DNA of 64,000 bases from assembly GCA_000165425.1 (NCBI GenBank), contig CT868649.1, forward strand, positions 434,001 through 498,000, given 5' to 3'. Positions 16,109 to 29,887 of this stretch are shown one piece after another (position 1 is the first letter of the stretch; each line of letters opens with the position of its first letter). The position numbers and the translations under genes were made by a program. Under the pieces are notes generated by a model. It searched no databases. It saw only the letters and a program-made list of their open reading frames with translations, and was not told the origin of the DNA. Source of the DNA: Paramecium tetraurelia (lineage: Eukaryota).

Positions 16109-19100
16109 TCACTGTTCAATTTAGACTAAATATCTAATTCTCACTCTGCTTTCGTCATAAATTATGTATTCAGTTTATGCAGTCTTGAACCCATTTTAAT
16201 GTCCTAATTTTTCTTTTAGATGATCAGGAAAAGGTTAAGAAACGAGATTACCGATTGGGACAACACATCCGTTTGGTAATTTAATTTATGACATGGAATC
16301 TGGACCTTAGGATCCTACTACCCTTAAAGTTATTTCAGGTTCTAATAATAATAAAATTAATTACTAAAGTAGGTACTGATATCCTATTGGTGATAATTAT
16401 AAAGATCCACTTGATTCATACAACTCACTTCACATAATAATAAATATCTGTATTTATGAAGATTTTGATATTATTGAGATCTCTAATTATTATAGCCCTA
16501 TCTAATTGTAGAATCAGTAGTATAGTTATAGCTCTTGGAAAATTGATCTGCAAAGTAGATTCCTTTTCCATATAAGGCTCCGGTATTTACAGCCCATGCA
16601 GGAGCAACTAATTAATAATATTGCAATATTACTTTTCAATCCAAGTGCCATCAAACTAATGAAATTTGATATTTTTGAGCCGTGCCATAGCAACATTCTC
16701 GGCCCATTGTTAAATTGCTCAAATTTCTTTGCCTCTCCTTTCCTTTCAATAGCAAAAATGTTTGAGATTTTTACAGTTTAAGTTTTACCCATATATGTCT
16801 TTATCATCTTATATTCTAAATCTTCCTTTGTTAATGTAAGCATTTTAATATTCAATGCATTAAAACAATATGTTAATGGGTGAAGGCTATCTGCTTTGAA
16901 ATTAGCTCCTAGTAGTATTTTAACTGAGAGTTCAACATTGAGGAGTACCTCAACTAATTATAATTATTAATTAATTTTATTATCGCTTTCCAGTAAAGGT
17001 AGCACATTTTATCTCATTTAAGTTTAGGGTATAAGTTCATAATATCGAGCTGATTTTTCGTTGATCTCAGAGTAAAATGATTACAATTTCTTTAGATCTT
17101 TGTCTGCTAATTACATATACTCAGCAAGTTCTTTTACAATATCCTTAAGTTCCAATAAATATTCTTTGGCTTTTAAAATTACATTTTTATTTAGTTTTTC
17201 CAACGGAACAAAGCTTGTGTCAAATTGATAATTTTATAGTTCTTGCTAATACAATTTAACCTGTGCAAATTGTTCAATCACAGATTAAATACTCTAATGT
17301 AATTAACACTTAGGATATGGAGATTTGTCGCTTAAATCAAATGGCTTTAAGAATGTCTTATAACTGACATTGTTGCTAAATTGCATCAATTGATATTTTC
17401 CTGGTTTCTTCTCAAACTCTTGTTCACCTCTTTTAATTAATTTCCAATTATTTCCCCCTGTTTTTGCTGAGAAAATCTTACAGTATTCTTTAATTGTAAC
17501 CTCTAAATTTTCAAAAGGAGTCATTTAAAACTGACCTTCTTCTCCAATCTAACCCCATTTGGTAAATAAAATGTAATTATTCCTATTTTTATCCAAAAGA
17601 ATCTGCATTTTGTAGAATACATTTTTATGGAAATTATTATTCACTATATCAACTTTTGACATTAAACATTAGAATAGTCCATATTCTGGATCTTCATAAA
17701 CAATTAGATCTCCTTTTGTAATGCTAGCTGATTTGTCAACAATCTATTTATTATCAATTTCAGGTTCTAGTTGCATGTTCATTAGTCCTTGGTATTAATG
17801 TGCATCCTCTTCAAAATCTAATGCCTAATCTGGCCACAAAGCAGTTGATATTATTGAGGTTGGCATCCTCTACTATCTTAAACTTCTAGTATGATGAGCA
17901 TTTAGACTTAATAGTTCATCCTTCATCACTTAAGCATCAAAAATTAAAGCATAATCCAAGGGTGTTAAACCTTTATTATCTTGCGTATTATAATCAAATA
18001 TTGGAGTCAATAATTTCAACATATTTAAGTTTTCATATGATCCGAATTCCAATGGCAGGACAACATGGTGGATTGGACTTTTGCCATTTTGATCTATTGC
18101 ATGAGACTCCTTTTTAAAAGTGGGTTAATCTAAGATGAATTTTAATAGATTCATATTATTATTTTGAATTGCCATGGTTACAATAGTTTCACCTTCCTCA
18201 TTTTATTCGTTTATGTCAACTCCATATTTGATGTAGGTTTCTAATTTGTCAACATTTATTATTTTGCTATAATTTACTAAAAACATAAATGGTTTCATAA
18301 ATTTACTAATAGCGAGGACTTGAAACTATACATCTATTTTCAATCCATTATCAATAAAATAAGAAAAATTTTAAGAATAGCTTTTTTAGAGTAAAATAGT
18401 AAATGGATTATTTTAAGTCGAATCCATAATATTAGGATCGCATTTCCTTTTTATAAGGAAGTAATTTATCAAATATAAATCTTGATTTTCAGCTGCATAA
18501 TGGAAGGGAGTCTTTAATTAATTATCCTACAAGTATGGACTTATTTGTTTAGCTTCAAATTCCTCAATAATTTCCTATTTGAGATCAGTATTAACATTTG
18601 ATGAATATTTTGCAAATAGATGAAATAAATTTTAACCTTTCTCATCTAATCTTTGCACATCTTTTATATTTTTCACTTTCATTAGTAGGGTTAACACTAA
18701 TTAAAATTGATTTGCATTAATTGCATCTTGAATAGCCTTGACAAATTCATATCCATCGCTAATTAATAGATATGCTACTCCTTGCCAACCAAATTTAATA
18801 GCTCGTGAGAAATAACTATATTGTCCTGTTTCTAATTGATTATGTAAATGTTAAGGTATGTCTAAATCAGCCTTTATTTTTTCTTAAACAAGCTATTCAA
18901 TAATTTTCTTTCTCTATATTATTTTATCTTTACGTCTTCTTCTAAATATAATAGGCTATTCTTCTCTAACTTTATTATTAGTTTATTCATTATTGTCAGA
19001 TTCTTCTGAAATTTAATCGTCTTTATTATTGGTTTATTACATTTCTTATTAGATTTTCTCCAATTATTTATTTCTCTCCTCCTGTTTCAACTTTAACAGT

Positions 19101-22100
19101 TTTGTGTTTATTTCTTAATCTTCTATCTTCATAAGTCTATCCACTTCTCTGTCGTTTCTAACTTATTCCTAGTAGATTTGATATTTCCCTGCTTTGAAAT
19201 CAGTATCACTAATGATAGAGATTGGCTTATTAACATTTGCTTTATTATCAATAAGCATTGTACTAAAATTAGAATGTGCAAAGAATGCATATGCCAAAGG
19301 GGTATTATTAAAATTGTCAGGCTCATCAATTTTTGCCCCCATCTTAATCATATATCTACCTGAAATGGCACTGCCTCTTAAAGCAGCATAATGTAAGGGG
19401 GATCTTCCATATTTATCCAAAGCATTGACTTCACATTCATCATAAGCTAATAAGGAGGAAACTGATTCAAAAGGATCTATTTCATTTGTACCTCTAGGAT
19501 TATCAAATTTGGTAAATGCATAAAACAAAGGAGTTCTATTATATATGTCTCTGATGTTGCATTTGGCTCCACTTTTGATTAAGATCTATTCCATCTAAAA
19601 ACTGGCATTGGCGTTTGAATTACTGAAATTGGTAGCATAATGCAAAGCTGTCCTTCCATTTTTATCTTAATAATTAGGATCCAATTTAAATTTCTAAACC
19701 AAAGACTTGACAGATTTTGTGTCGGATTAAGATATAAATTTATGCAATGGCACCATATTTGAATTATTAACATCATTTATTTTGCCTCCTAAACTTACAA
19801 GTTTTTCTAACAATGGAACATACTACTCATTATAATTTTAAGCGATCATCAAAGTTGGAGTATTGCCAACTGAGTTCTTTTCTGTAAAGTCTAATCCTAA
19901 AGAGATCAAGTAATCAAAAAATATTTCAGAAGTCTCCTTACGATGCCTCTCCAAAATCACTTAATTTAATTTGTAATTTTAGAAGAAATAATGGACTGGC
20001 TAACCATTTAAATCATGTTCATATATTAAATCTTTGGGGAAATAATTCTAAAGCTCTTTAACAAAGGAAACACTAGGGAAGAATTAGAACGCTATATGAA
20101 ATACATTACTATTTTATAATGGAGAGGTTTCCTTTTCTTTATCTCTGCACCATTTTTACTTAATTACTCTCACTGCCGTATCGGCTCCTTTAGAAATTAA
20201 CAACTTCATAATTTCAAATAAATTGTTCTAATGTCTATATCCATCATCAACCTTCTATCTATTAAATTCCTCAACTTCTTCCTAAGTTATTCCAACCTAC
20301 GCACTAATTTTCTCGAATTAATATCTTGAGACATGATAAACTTATCTAGCTGTTTTGATTCTTTATTAAATTTGGTTTTATAAAGTATTATATGGAGTAG
20401 CTGAAGGATTATTTTCCATCATACTTTTAAATTCTTCCTCCTTAGATTCATATTCCTTGATAATTTAATCCCAAATTTCTTTTTTACGCTTTTCAACTTT
20501 TTAGTCAAAGTCAAATTGAATTCGTGATGATATACTTTAAACAAAATTATGAACTAATCTTATTAATGGTACAAATCCATCCTGGTCATAGGAGTTGATT
20601 AATGAAGATTGTATTTTATTTAAAATTATCTCGAAAATTTAGATTGCTTAGGGATCATAATAAAATTGGTTTTCAATCATTATGTGCAAAAATGTTTTGT
20701 CATCATTATTAACTAGATTGACATCAACTTCTGTAATATTTAAGAGTTCCTAAATCAGTGAATAATTTTTTTATTTTAAACAAAGGGAGAAGCCTGATTA
20801 ACCATTTTCTTTTTCTTAAGAATTAATATTTGCCCCTTTTTACAAGAATAATTTAACAAGTTCTGTTTGGATCTGAGATTACTAAGTACCCAGAATATGC
20901 AATAAACAAGTTCTCCCATCCTTATCTTTGATGTGTATATCAGCTCCGTTCTCTAATAACAGTTTGACTAATTAAACTTATTTCTACGATTATTGACAAA
21001 GCAAGGCATGTTGTATGCATGTTTTTCCAAATTTGTCTTAGATATTAATATCAGCCTTCTTCTCTGTAATAAGGAATTAGATAAATTCATACTGCTCTTA
21101 AGTAGAGTTGAATTGCTTTACCATGCTACCTATTAAAGTTAAACCATCATCGTCTATGCAATTAACATCTGTACTTTCCTATTTGAGTAAAGATTTGACA
21201 ATGCCAAAATGATTTTTAGCTAATGCTACATTTAAAGGAGTCAATTTCCATGAATTAAATTAATTTTAATCAACATTTACTTCAATTAGAGTTTCAATAC
21301 ATTCTATGAAACCATAAGCAGCAGCATGATGAATAGCATTATTTTTTGATGAATCGCTAATAGTTACATCTGCTCCGTAATAAATTAATTTAGATAAAAT
21401 AGCTAGATTTCCATTTCTCGCAGCCATAATCAAAGGGGTTCTACCAAACTTATCCTTAGAATTAATCCTGGCACCTTCATCAAGCAAATATTCTACCAAT
21501 TCTATATGATTGTATGCACATGCAAAGTGCAATGGAGTCATTCTATTTTTACCTGCAATATTTATTAATACACCATTTTCAATGAGTATTTTAACACATT
21601 CAGTATGTCCATTCTAACTAGCCAAATGAATGGCACTATTTCCTTCTTTATTTTTACCCTTAAGATTAGTATTAAGTAATAGTTTGATATTATGTGCTCT
21701 CCCATATTTTGCTGCTATCATTACAGGTGTCATTTAAAATTTATCACCCTCTCTTCCATCAACTCCATTAGCCAATAAATATTCTAAACAATTAGGAGTT
21801 TAAGATGAAGCTGCATAGTGTACAGGTTTTCTGTTTATTTCATCTTAACAATTGAATTCCATAGTTTATTCCATAAAATATTTCAAAAACTATTCTGATG
21901 GATTGATGCAAGCACAATGAATAGGAGTAATTAAAAAATCATTGGATGTTTTTTTTGTAATTGAAATCTTTTTAATTTGTTCCAATTTATAGGTACTAAA
22001 ATTATCGCCCAATGCATCATGATGAAGATAATTAAATCCATATCCATCTTAATTATTTACTACAGAGTAATTAATCAAAAATTTAGCACTCCTCCAATTT

Positions 22101-23283
22101 CCACACCTAACAGCTTTTGAAACATTTTCGATTAATTCACTTTCATAAGATCGATTTTCGCAATATAGGAAATATAACTCATATAATTAAGGATCAGTTT
22201 CAATTTCCAATATTTTTTAATAATAATAATCCATCCTTTCATCTCCTAAATCATAGACAAATGCATTGTTTCCTTCCCTATTTCCTCTCCCTAAAGCAAC
22301 TTTTCGTAATCTTACACCATATGCATATTTATTGTTATAACCTGTATTAATTTCCTTTAATGTGCAAGGTTGGTTATGACCCTAAATAACTTTTTTTCTG
22401 TTTTATAGATAATATGATAATAATTCCTTATCTTGTCTTTTTAATAAAATTTAATCTGGTGTTATATCTAATTCTGGTCCCCAACTATCTTAGACAGAAG
22501 ATATTTTCCATTTTGTTGCAAATATATCTTCCATTAATTTCTTATTTCCTGTTTGTGCTGCTCGAATCAATTCCTTATTGTTGGCTTTTATACTTTGACG
22601 ATCTATAAAATGATCTTCAGTTCCTTCAAATTAAGCACAAACTTTTTTTAGGTTTTTATATATTTCTCTAAACTTTTTGCTTTTTTATTTTCCTTTTTTT
22701 TAATCTTTCTCTTCCTTTTTTCTTGATATTCTTTATTTCTTTGGAACTGGATCTTCTTCGGCTGAAGAATATGAATCATTTGATTCGTCATCGTCCTCAA
22801 CTTAACTTGCATTAAAATCCTCATTTTTTTTGATATTTTTCTTTGATTTTTTCTAAGGCAGCTAATCCTCATTGTCATCATCATTATCATCGTAATATTT
22901 TTGGTTTCTCTCAATCACTGCTTTCTCTTCGCTTATTAAACTACGAATTGCTTATGAATATATTTCTAAGTCTATAACATATATGGTTTCATCAGAATTA
23001 ATGATTGACACTCCTTCAATTAAAATCCTCAAATTATTAATTATAAATACCATTTATTTTAGCAATCAAATGTCTTATGTCCTTAGCATTTGTATTACTG
23101 CTTATTTCTTTTAATTCCCTCAAACTTAACTAATTCTGTAACTTTAACTTTCTCAACATTAACAATCCAATCTTCTAATAATTTATACATTTTATATTCT
23201 GTTTCTTCTTTACACAGTATTATCTAGTCTTTTTTTAAAGATTATTCTTTTTTGCCTCGCTAACTCCTTAAATTTCTAATCAT
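16109..23283 (-). CDS. Ankyrin-repeat + WGR + PARP regulatory + PARP catalytic poly(ADP-ribose) polymerase (PME-5-like architecture)
   Basis: Many ankyrin repeats (TPLHFACAYN, GRTPLIMAARNG, GRSPLHYAALRG); WGR domain (FYKMQIL…LFTKWGQIG); catalytic LLWHGS…AYGKGIYFAD…TEYIIYDESRVRIRYLV*. Confidence 0.93.
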
Positions 23284-23862
23284 TTAAAATATTTGTTAAA
23301 TTATTTATTAATAGGCAAAATTTCTGAAATCTAACCTTAATTTTCTGATATAAATATATTGAAATAATTGTAACAAATAAAAATTCTTTATATATTTTAT
23401 TTATTAAATTTTTTAAACAAATTATTTATTCTTTTAGCTTATTGGAAAATATGAATTAAACCAATTCTCTGAACAAATCCTGAAATAATAATTATTCCTT
23501 TGCATATTTAATAGTAAAGGAATTTAATTCAAAGATATAATGATTAAATTTAGAAACCATAAATTACACTAATGATAGACTTCTGATTTTGATACTCTTC
23601 ATTTATTTTTGAACAAATGAAATTTCATGCTTAGTTTTATTTTATGATTTTGCTATTTGAAAATTTAAATATATACTTTATATTTAATATAAGATAGTAA
23701 TACATGTTTTTTAGATATAAAAATAATTTAATTATTTTTAAATGTAAATTTCAAATTTCTAAAAAAAACCTCTAAAATATGATATTGGAAGATAAATAGG
23801 TATGTTTTTAAACAACCAAAGTAAGATATTTATTAGTTATTTAGATTCAAATTATATTTTAA

Positions 23863-25945
23863 TCATTTTTATGTCTTCTTTTTTTTACCTTTTCTTTGTT
23901 TTGAATCAACTGGAACGTTCGCTAAGAGAATTCCTGGCTTTGGTAGAGGTACTTTATAAGGATTTGCATGTCCTTGAGGTATCATTATAGATTTTTAAAG
24001 AATATTAATTGGGACAAATTTATTAGCAGATGCTAATCTATTTTTTAATTGTTTAATTTCTCCAATCTAAATAAATTTAATAGAATTATTTTTACCTAAG
24101 AGTCCATTTCCTACTTAATACTATGTGTTTTTAGAATTGAACTAAATTGTCTTCTAGGTTAGGCACTCTTAAAGCAACTAGAAGACATAACCCTATTACT
24201 TTAAATAGTTTCTTCATTAGGATTATTCATAAGTCCACCTGGTAGACAAGATCCTCTTGACATCTTCAACAAGCGAAGTCTTTTTGAATTAATTTACTTT
24301 TCAAGATCTGCTTATTTGCTTTAAAAATCTTCCGCCTCTTCTTCCACTTAAGTTGGAATGACAGTGTTTTGAACTACCTTTGCCATGGGAACAGCACTCT
24401 GTACCATTCTTGCTTTAGGCAAAGAGGATTTTTTAAGATAATTGGCATAAGCTTTTTCTTCTGCCAAATCCATTTTTTTAGATTCATATAAATCAGAAAT
24501 TTTAATTCCAACATTCGAATATTGTGATCCCATGGCAGTTAACTAATAGAGATTATAATTTATATATACATATTCAGATTGTAGTACCATTTCATCAACT
24601 CTACTTTTATTAGTTGCCCAGTTTTTCATTGATTAAACCATTTCAATATCTTCCCTTTATTCTTTGACCTCTTTAATTCTTTATTCAGTATAATATTAAT
24701 TTAGCCTAGCCGCTACCATTTTATCTTCGATTTGAGTAGGATCATAATTGTGAAATGTACCTTAAAATTCTCCTAATCTACCCTACTATCCAATTGAATA
24801 GGCATTTTAAGTCTCAATATCTGTTTTATAGGTTTTATTTGTAGGGGCAATACTAATATATTTATCTGATCTTCCTTTTTTACCCCTTTTTATTGGTGAG
24901 ACTTCTTGTTAAGATGCTAGATTTTTGTTTGATTCTTCTAATTGTCTGGGGATTAATCTTCATCCTCCTCTTGTTCTTATTCAATGCCTTCAATTTACTC
25001 TAATTTATCTCTATCAGTTGGTTTGTCAGCTTTTAAAGGGGACTCTTCCCTTTGTATTTATCTTCTAGTAGACTGTTATTGTTAATCATCATTAGTTTAG
25101 AAGACTGGAAAATTGGGATCGTACATCCAAGATTATTACTATTTTGGAATTGTATGTAATTAGTTAGTTTTGGGTCTTTATAGTTTTTCGATTTGATCAA
25201 TCATTTTATAAGTAGTTTAAGAAGTTTAAGGTCTAGTAAATTGTGAAATTCCTAAGACTCCTGGCGTCGTTCCAGGACGAGTACTTGTATCTGATAATAG
25301 GTTTTTTCTTTGATAAGTTTTAACTCTATCTTCAGGAGGATCAAATTCTGGATGGACTGATCGAAATTTAAGAGTGTAATCTTCAATTCCAGAGGCATAG
25401 AAATTTTCACTGTATGTATTAGGAATAAAGTGAAGAGTCTTAAATAGTGATAAATAAATTACAGAGTCCTTTTTCTCCAGTAGAGATTGTTTCAATGACG
25501 CAGTTTAAGATTTTGGTAATTAAGAGAAGAACCAGTTAGATACTTTATTTAAGAAAGCTTATTATTATATTTTGTTCCTTGTACTCACTACTTCTAATAG
25601 AGAATTCTTGAGTTATCTATAAAGATTGTCAGAAACTAATGGATCTGATAATTTGATCTGTTCAGCTCTATGAAGTGTCACCTTTTCATTCCAATTCATT
25701 ATTTCCTGCTTCAACATCTAGAATACGGGATTGTTGTTCAAGTAACCGGATGTTAGACCATCAAGATCTATCTAGTCCATAAATTGAATAAGTACTATTT
25801 GTAAAACTGGTTTTTCATTCAATCTATTTAAATCATCAATTTTGTATCCTGTTCTATCGAGTCTTTCATTCAATTGTTCTTCAATTGTCAATGGAGGATT
25901 TATCAATGGTTTGCCATTTAGATAGAGACTTCTCTCCATTTTCAT
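23863..25945 (-). CDS. Hypothetical ciliate protein (~660 aa), basic C-terminus
   Basis: Continuous table-6 frame with micro-introns, covers ORF-track fragments 24348-24533 and 25226-25495; ends SKQRKGKKKKTQK*. Confidence 0.78.
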
Positions 25946-26011
25946 TTTATTTATATAAATTTTATTGTTTTATGTGTATGGTGAAACTTTAACAATCTAT
26001 GATATATAAAA

Positions 26012-26859
26012 TCACTTCTAGGGTTGTTACCAATAATAATTTTGATATTATTACTATTGATATTGTTGAGGATACTATTGGTATTATTATTGGTAATCAT
26101 AATATTGATTTGGATAATAAGGATAGTATTATTGTTGATTGCGTTATTGTTGCATCTAATATTTGTATTATCTCAACGCTTATTCTCTCTCATCGATCAC
26201 TGTGAAATCATTCAAAATGCTTTTTTTATCGGAAAACTCTTTCAAATATTTTCATCATCTCCTTCCCAGTTTCCCAACTCAGACATACGCCATCTCTTGA
26301 TCTAGTCACCTCTACGTTATCACTATTCACAGTTATGATTAAATTCTAACCTGTTTCTCAGATGCTCAAAATGTTTGTTTGGCACATCCTTTACATACAG
26401 CCATTACACGTTGAAATGTCCCTTCCATTTCTTTATCTCCCACCAATATTAGAAACTCTCTTCTTTATATCCAGATGTCAACTTGGCCACTCCAACAAAT
26501 TGACCACTTCTAACTACACTGAAAAACAAATAAACAGGAATTCCTTCTTGTTGTGCTTCCAAATACTTTGCATTCAATTTCTCATTGTTTTCTTTGCTTG
26601 ATGTCCAAATACCATATTTTATAGACTATTTTCTAATATTTATACTCATTACCTTATGAATATCATCATCATTGTTACTACGAAGAATGTATGTATGTGC
26701 ATTCGCAGCATCTGCCAAATGTCTGTCACTTTAATTTATTTACTTCAAAGCAGGTATCAATTTTGCTGCCTATTCTAAGTTTGTGTAATCTTAGCATGAA
26801 ATGTATGGAACTTTTAAATCTCGTTTATTTCTAACATATGGTTCATAATGATTGTTCAT
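26012..26859 (-). CDS. YTH-domain (YTHDF-type) m6A RNA reader with apparent +1 frameshift before a Q/Y-rich tail
   Basis: YILRSNNDDDIHKSIKYGIWTS…VYLFFSVVRSGQFVGVA…YWWEIKKWKGHFNVQWLYVKDVPN…VTRSRDG; two micro-introns; 0-frame TGA at 26208-26210, +1 frame runs to 26012. Confidence 0.9.
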
Positions 26860-27120
26860 TAATTTTTAATCAAATTTAAATAATAATAAATACAAATATA
26901 TTCATTTCCACTTTCTAATAACATTGCTTCATGATTTGTTATATTTTTTAAATCACTTATTATTTATTAAATTAATGAATTTCATATAAAACACCATTGA
27001 AATTATTTCCCTAATAATCTAATAAATCATAATTAATTGATGGTTAATAAATTAGATTTTATTTAAAATATATTTACAAATACAATTGAATAAATAATAC
27101 ACAAAATATTAACCACCCTT

Positions 27121-28200
27121 ATGAACTTTATTTTTTATTTTCCTAGAATACCTTTCAGTAAATTTTTATTCTCTGATGAAATATTTTATTTAAGAGAAGT
27201 TTGCTATCAATTAGAAAATGAGTGGAATGACTCTATTTTAACAAATTTAATAATTAAAATCTTAAATTCTATTTTCTTCTTCAATATTAATAGTAGAATT
27301 AGATATTTATTAATTTTTGCAAAACATAAATAGAATATTCAATCTTATTTAACATAATTTCCTTTCGAAGTTCTCCAAAAATAGCTTAAAAATTCTGTTT
27401 ATACAGAGTATTTTTAATTGATCTAAGAGTTAAAATGATAAAATACTATTTTAAATCCTTCACACTCATAAATATTAGTTATGAGCTTCTAATAGTCTTT
27501 GGAGCTTTAAAATTCTTGGCTGACAACCTTTAAATTATTCCAAACATTTGTTAACAACAGTATAAAGTGCCAAAGTCCATTCCTTGTAGTATTGATAGGA
27601 GTAAATATAGATCTGTCAGGATATGTTAATATATAAATGTTCTATTGTTATATTAATAATTACAATAGGTAATCCAAGGTTTTGTAATTCAGAAATCATT
27701 TATTTAGGTGGTGACAATACTCCTAATTAATTTGTTTAACAACCCTAGTTAAATATATATAAAATGAAATACCTCAAAAAACAGCAAGGTTGGCTTATTT
27801 TAAAGTATAACTTCGTTTAATTGTGATCCAGTTCCAGTTTATGCTATAGTAATTGAAAACAAATTCTTAATCACTTAATTTAAGGACAGAATTTAATATC
27901 TAATTTCTTCACCACATTCTACGAAAGTTGCGAAGTTTGGCGATGATTAAGCTAAGAAATAAATCCAATCAATTGGACTAGAATGGTTTGCCAATATGAG
28001 TTATCCACCTTTATCTTGAATTGGAATCTAATTTTCAACATTATAAAATCCACAAGTAAGCAACATCAATTTACCAATTAATGAATTTAGAGTGCCTATT
28101 TTCAGAGTATTCAAAATTGTCAATAATGAAATCAGAATAACCAATAAAGGAATTCTAATCAAAACCAATAAAGATCCTAAGATCTATTTACTATAATGAT
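27121..28200 (+). pseudogene. Probable decayed protein-coding gene, family unknown
   Basis: Protein-like fragments in shifting frames (EIIYLGGDNTP; CDPVPVYAIVIENKFL; GDDQAKKQIQSIGLEWFAN) broken by TGA and frameshifts, within an unusually long ~2 kb gap. Confidence 0.4.
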
Positions 28201-28894
28201 AAAATAATTACAATATGAATTAGCAGAATGAGTGGGGATAACTTTTAATTAACAAAGGCAGGTACAAATAAATTAATTCCGGTATGAGGATCAGCATATG
28301 CTCTAAATTTCTCCATTTGGTTAAATTAATTAATTACTAATTAATATAATTGAAAAATCAACTTCACTTTTTTGTTGCAGTTAAAGACATTTGATTTTAC
28401 AAAATGATAGGCGCTTTCATTATATTAAAACAAGTAGCAATTTAACATGAATTTTTATTATTTCAGAACTGTTGCTCTAATAGTAAAATTGTCATACTCA
28501 AATTAATTCAAAGAGAATGCATGATCATTTCAATATCATTAATACTCAAATATAATTTTTAATTCCATTTTTGATTTATAATATCTAAAGTAAATATTTG
28601 ATTTTCTTGGTAAAATTTAATACTTATATTAAGTTACCTAATTTTATCAAATTTGTATCATACTTTTATAGATCATAATATGAAATATCGATTTGTAAAT
28701 AGATATATCTATATCTATTATTAGAAGAAAGAGATAGATAGATAGAATAAAAGTTAGAATTATATTAATAAATATACTAAAGTATTTGTCCAATCTTCCT
28801 TTATTTAATAATACTGTAGAATTAAAATCTATTGAATGTAGTTATAAAATGATGCTTTTCTAAACAAGAAATTTTATTTTATTTTTTAAATTTA

Positions 28895-29887
28895 ATGAAA
28901 TAATTAGACCTTCGTTTACCTTCTGCTATTCACAGTAGACGAATTCATACATAGTTCACAACAGCATTAGATATATGCAGAATCAATTTGAAATCACGTT
29001 CTGAAGTGAGGTGTAAAACAGAAGGAACAATACTAAAAACTGAACATGGTACTTGTACTACTGAAGATGAATTTTTACCAATCTTTGGGAGTGTTGACTT
29101 ATGGTCTATTTTAGGGTAAAGGGATTTCTATTTTACTTAATCTCCAAAAGAAATAAAGTTATTACAACAGGCAGAAAGTGAAATCACTTTAACATTTTTG
29201 GACATTAAAACTATGATTGCAGAAATGGAGAGCGGTTACATTACAACAAAAGGATAGTTATGTTTCAAAAGCGATTAGCAATTAAAATAAACTAAATTAC
29301 TATACATAACTCCAAAATAGAGTCAATAATGTATTTACATTTGTTTGATATAAGGAATGTAATCAAATAAGGAGGTATAATAAAATTTTAAAAACTTTTT
29401 GTTAAATATTTGGAAATGCGAAACTAAGAAATGGTGTGCAGGTTGCTATTTTGAATATATTCACATTTTGGTTTGGGATTAATTAAAACAATTGACTTGG
29501 ATAATATCTGGATAAGATCTTGATTTATAACATCTACGTTCATGTTAAAATGTTAGCAATACTAATTCGTAATATCGGGGTAAAAAAGTAAGAAGAATTC
29601 TATTTAGCAGTAATGAAAACTAATTGAAAGTGAAAAGTATCTCTTTAAAACAATCCTTTCATAAACCTAAATTAGTCATTGAAGATAAAATTAATTTTGT
29701 AATGGATTTCATTAAGCCAATAATATTAGAGAAAGATAGAATAAATGATATAGTTGTAATGAAGAAGACTCTATTAAGACCAAAATCGAGTGTGGACAGA
29801 GTGAAGAGGAAAAATTAAAATTTGATAACAAAAATCTTCACTCCAAAGGCAAATTAAATTAGTATTATAAATAATATTTATAAATGA
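28895..29887 (+). CDS. Hypothetical protein (330 aa)
   Basis: Intronless open frame of 331 codons; its TGA overlaps the next gene's ATG. Confidence 0.72.

Noticed and set aside
25999..26305. Very hydrophobic Leu/Ile ORFs on + strand
   Set aside because: Antisense shadow of the Q/Y-rich YTH tail codons
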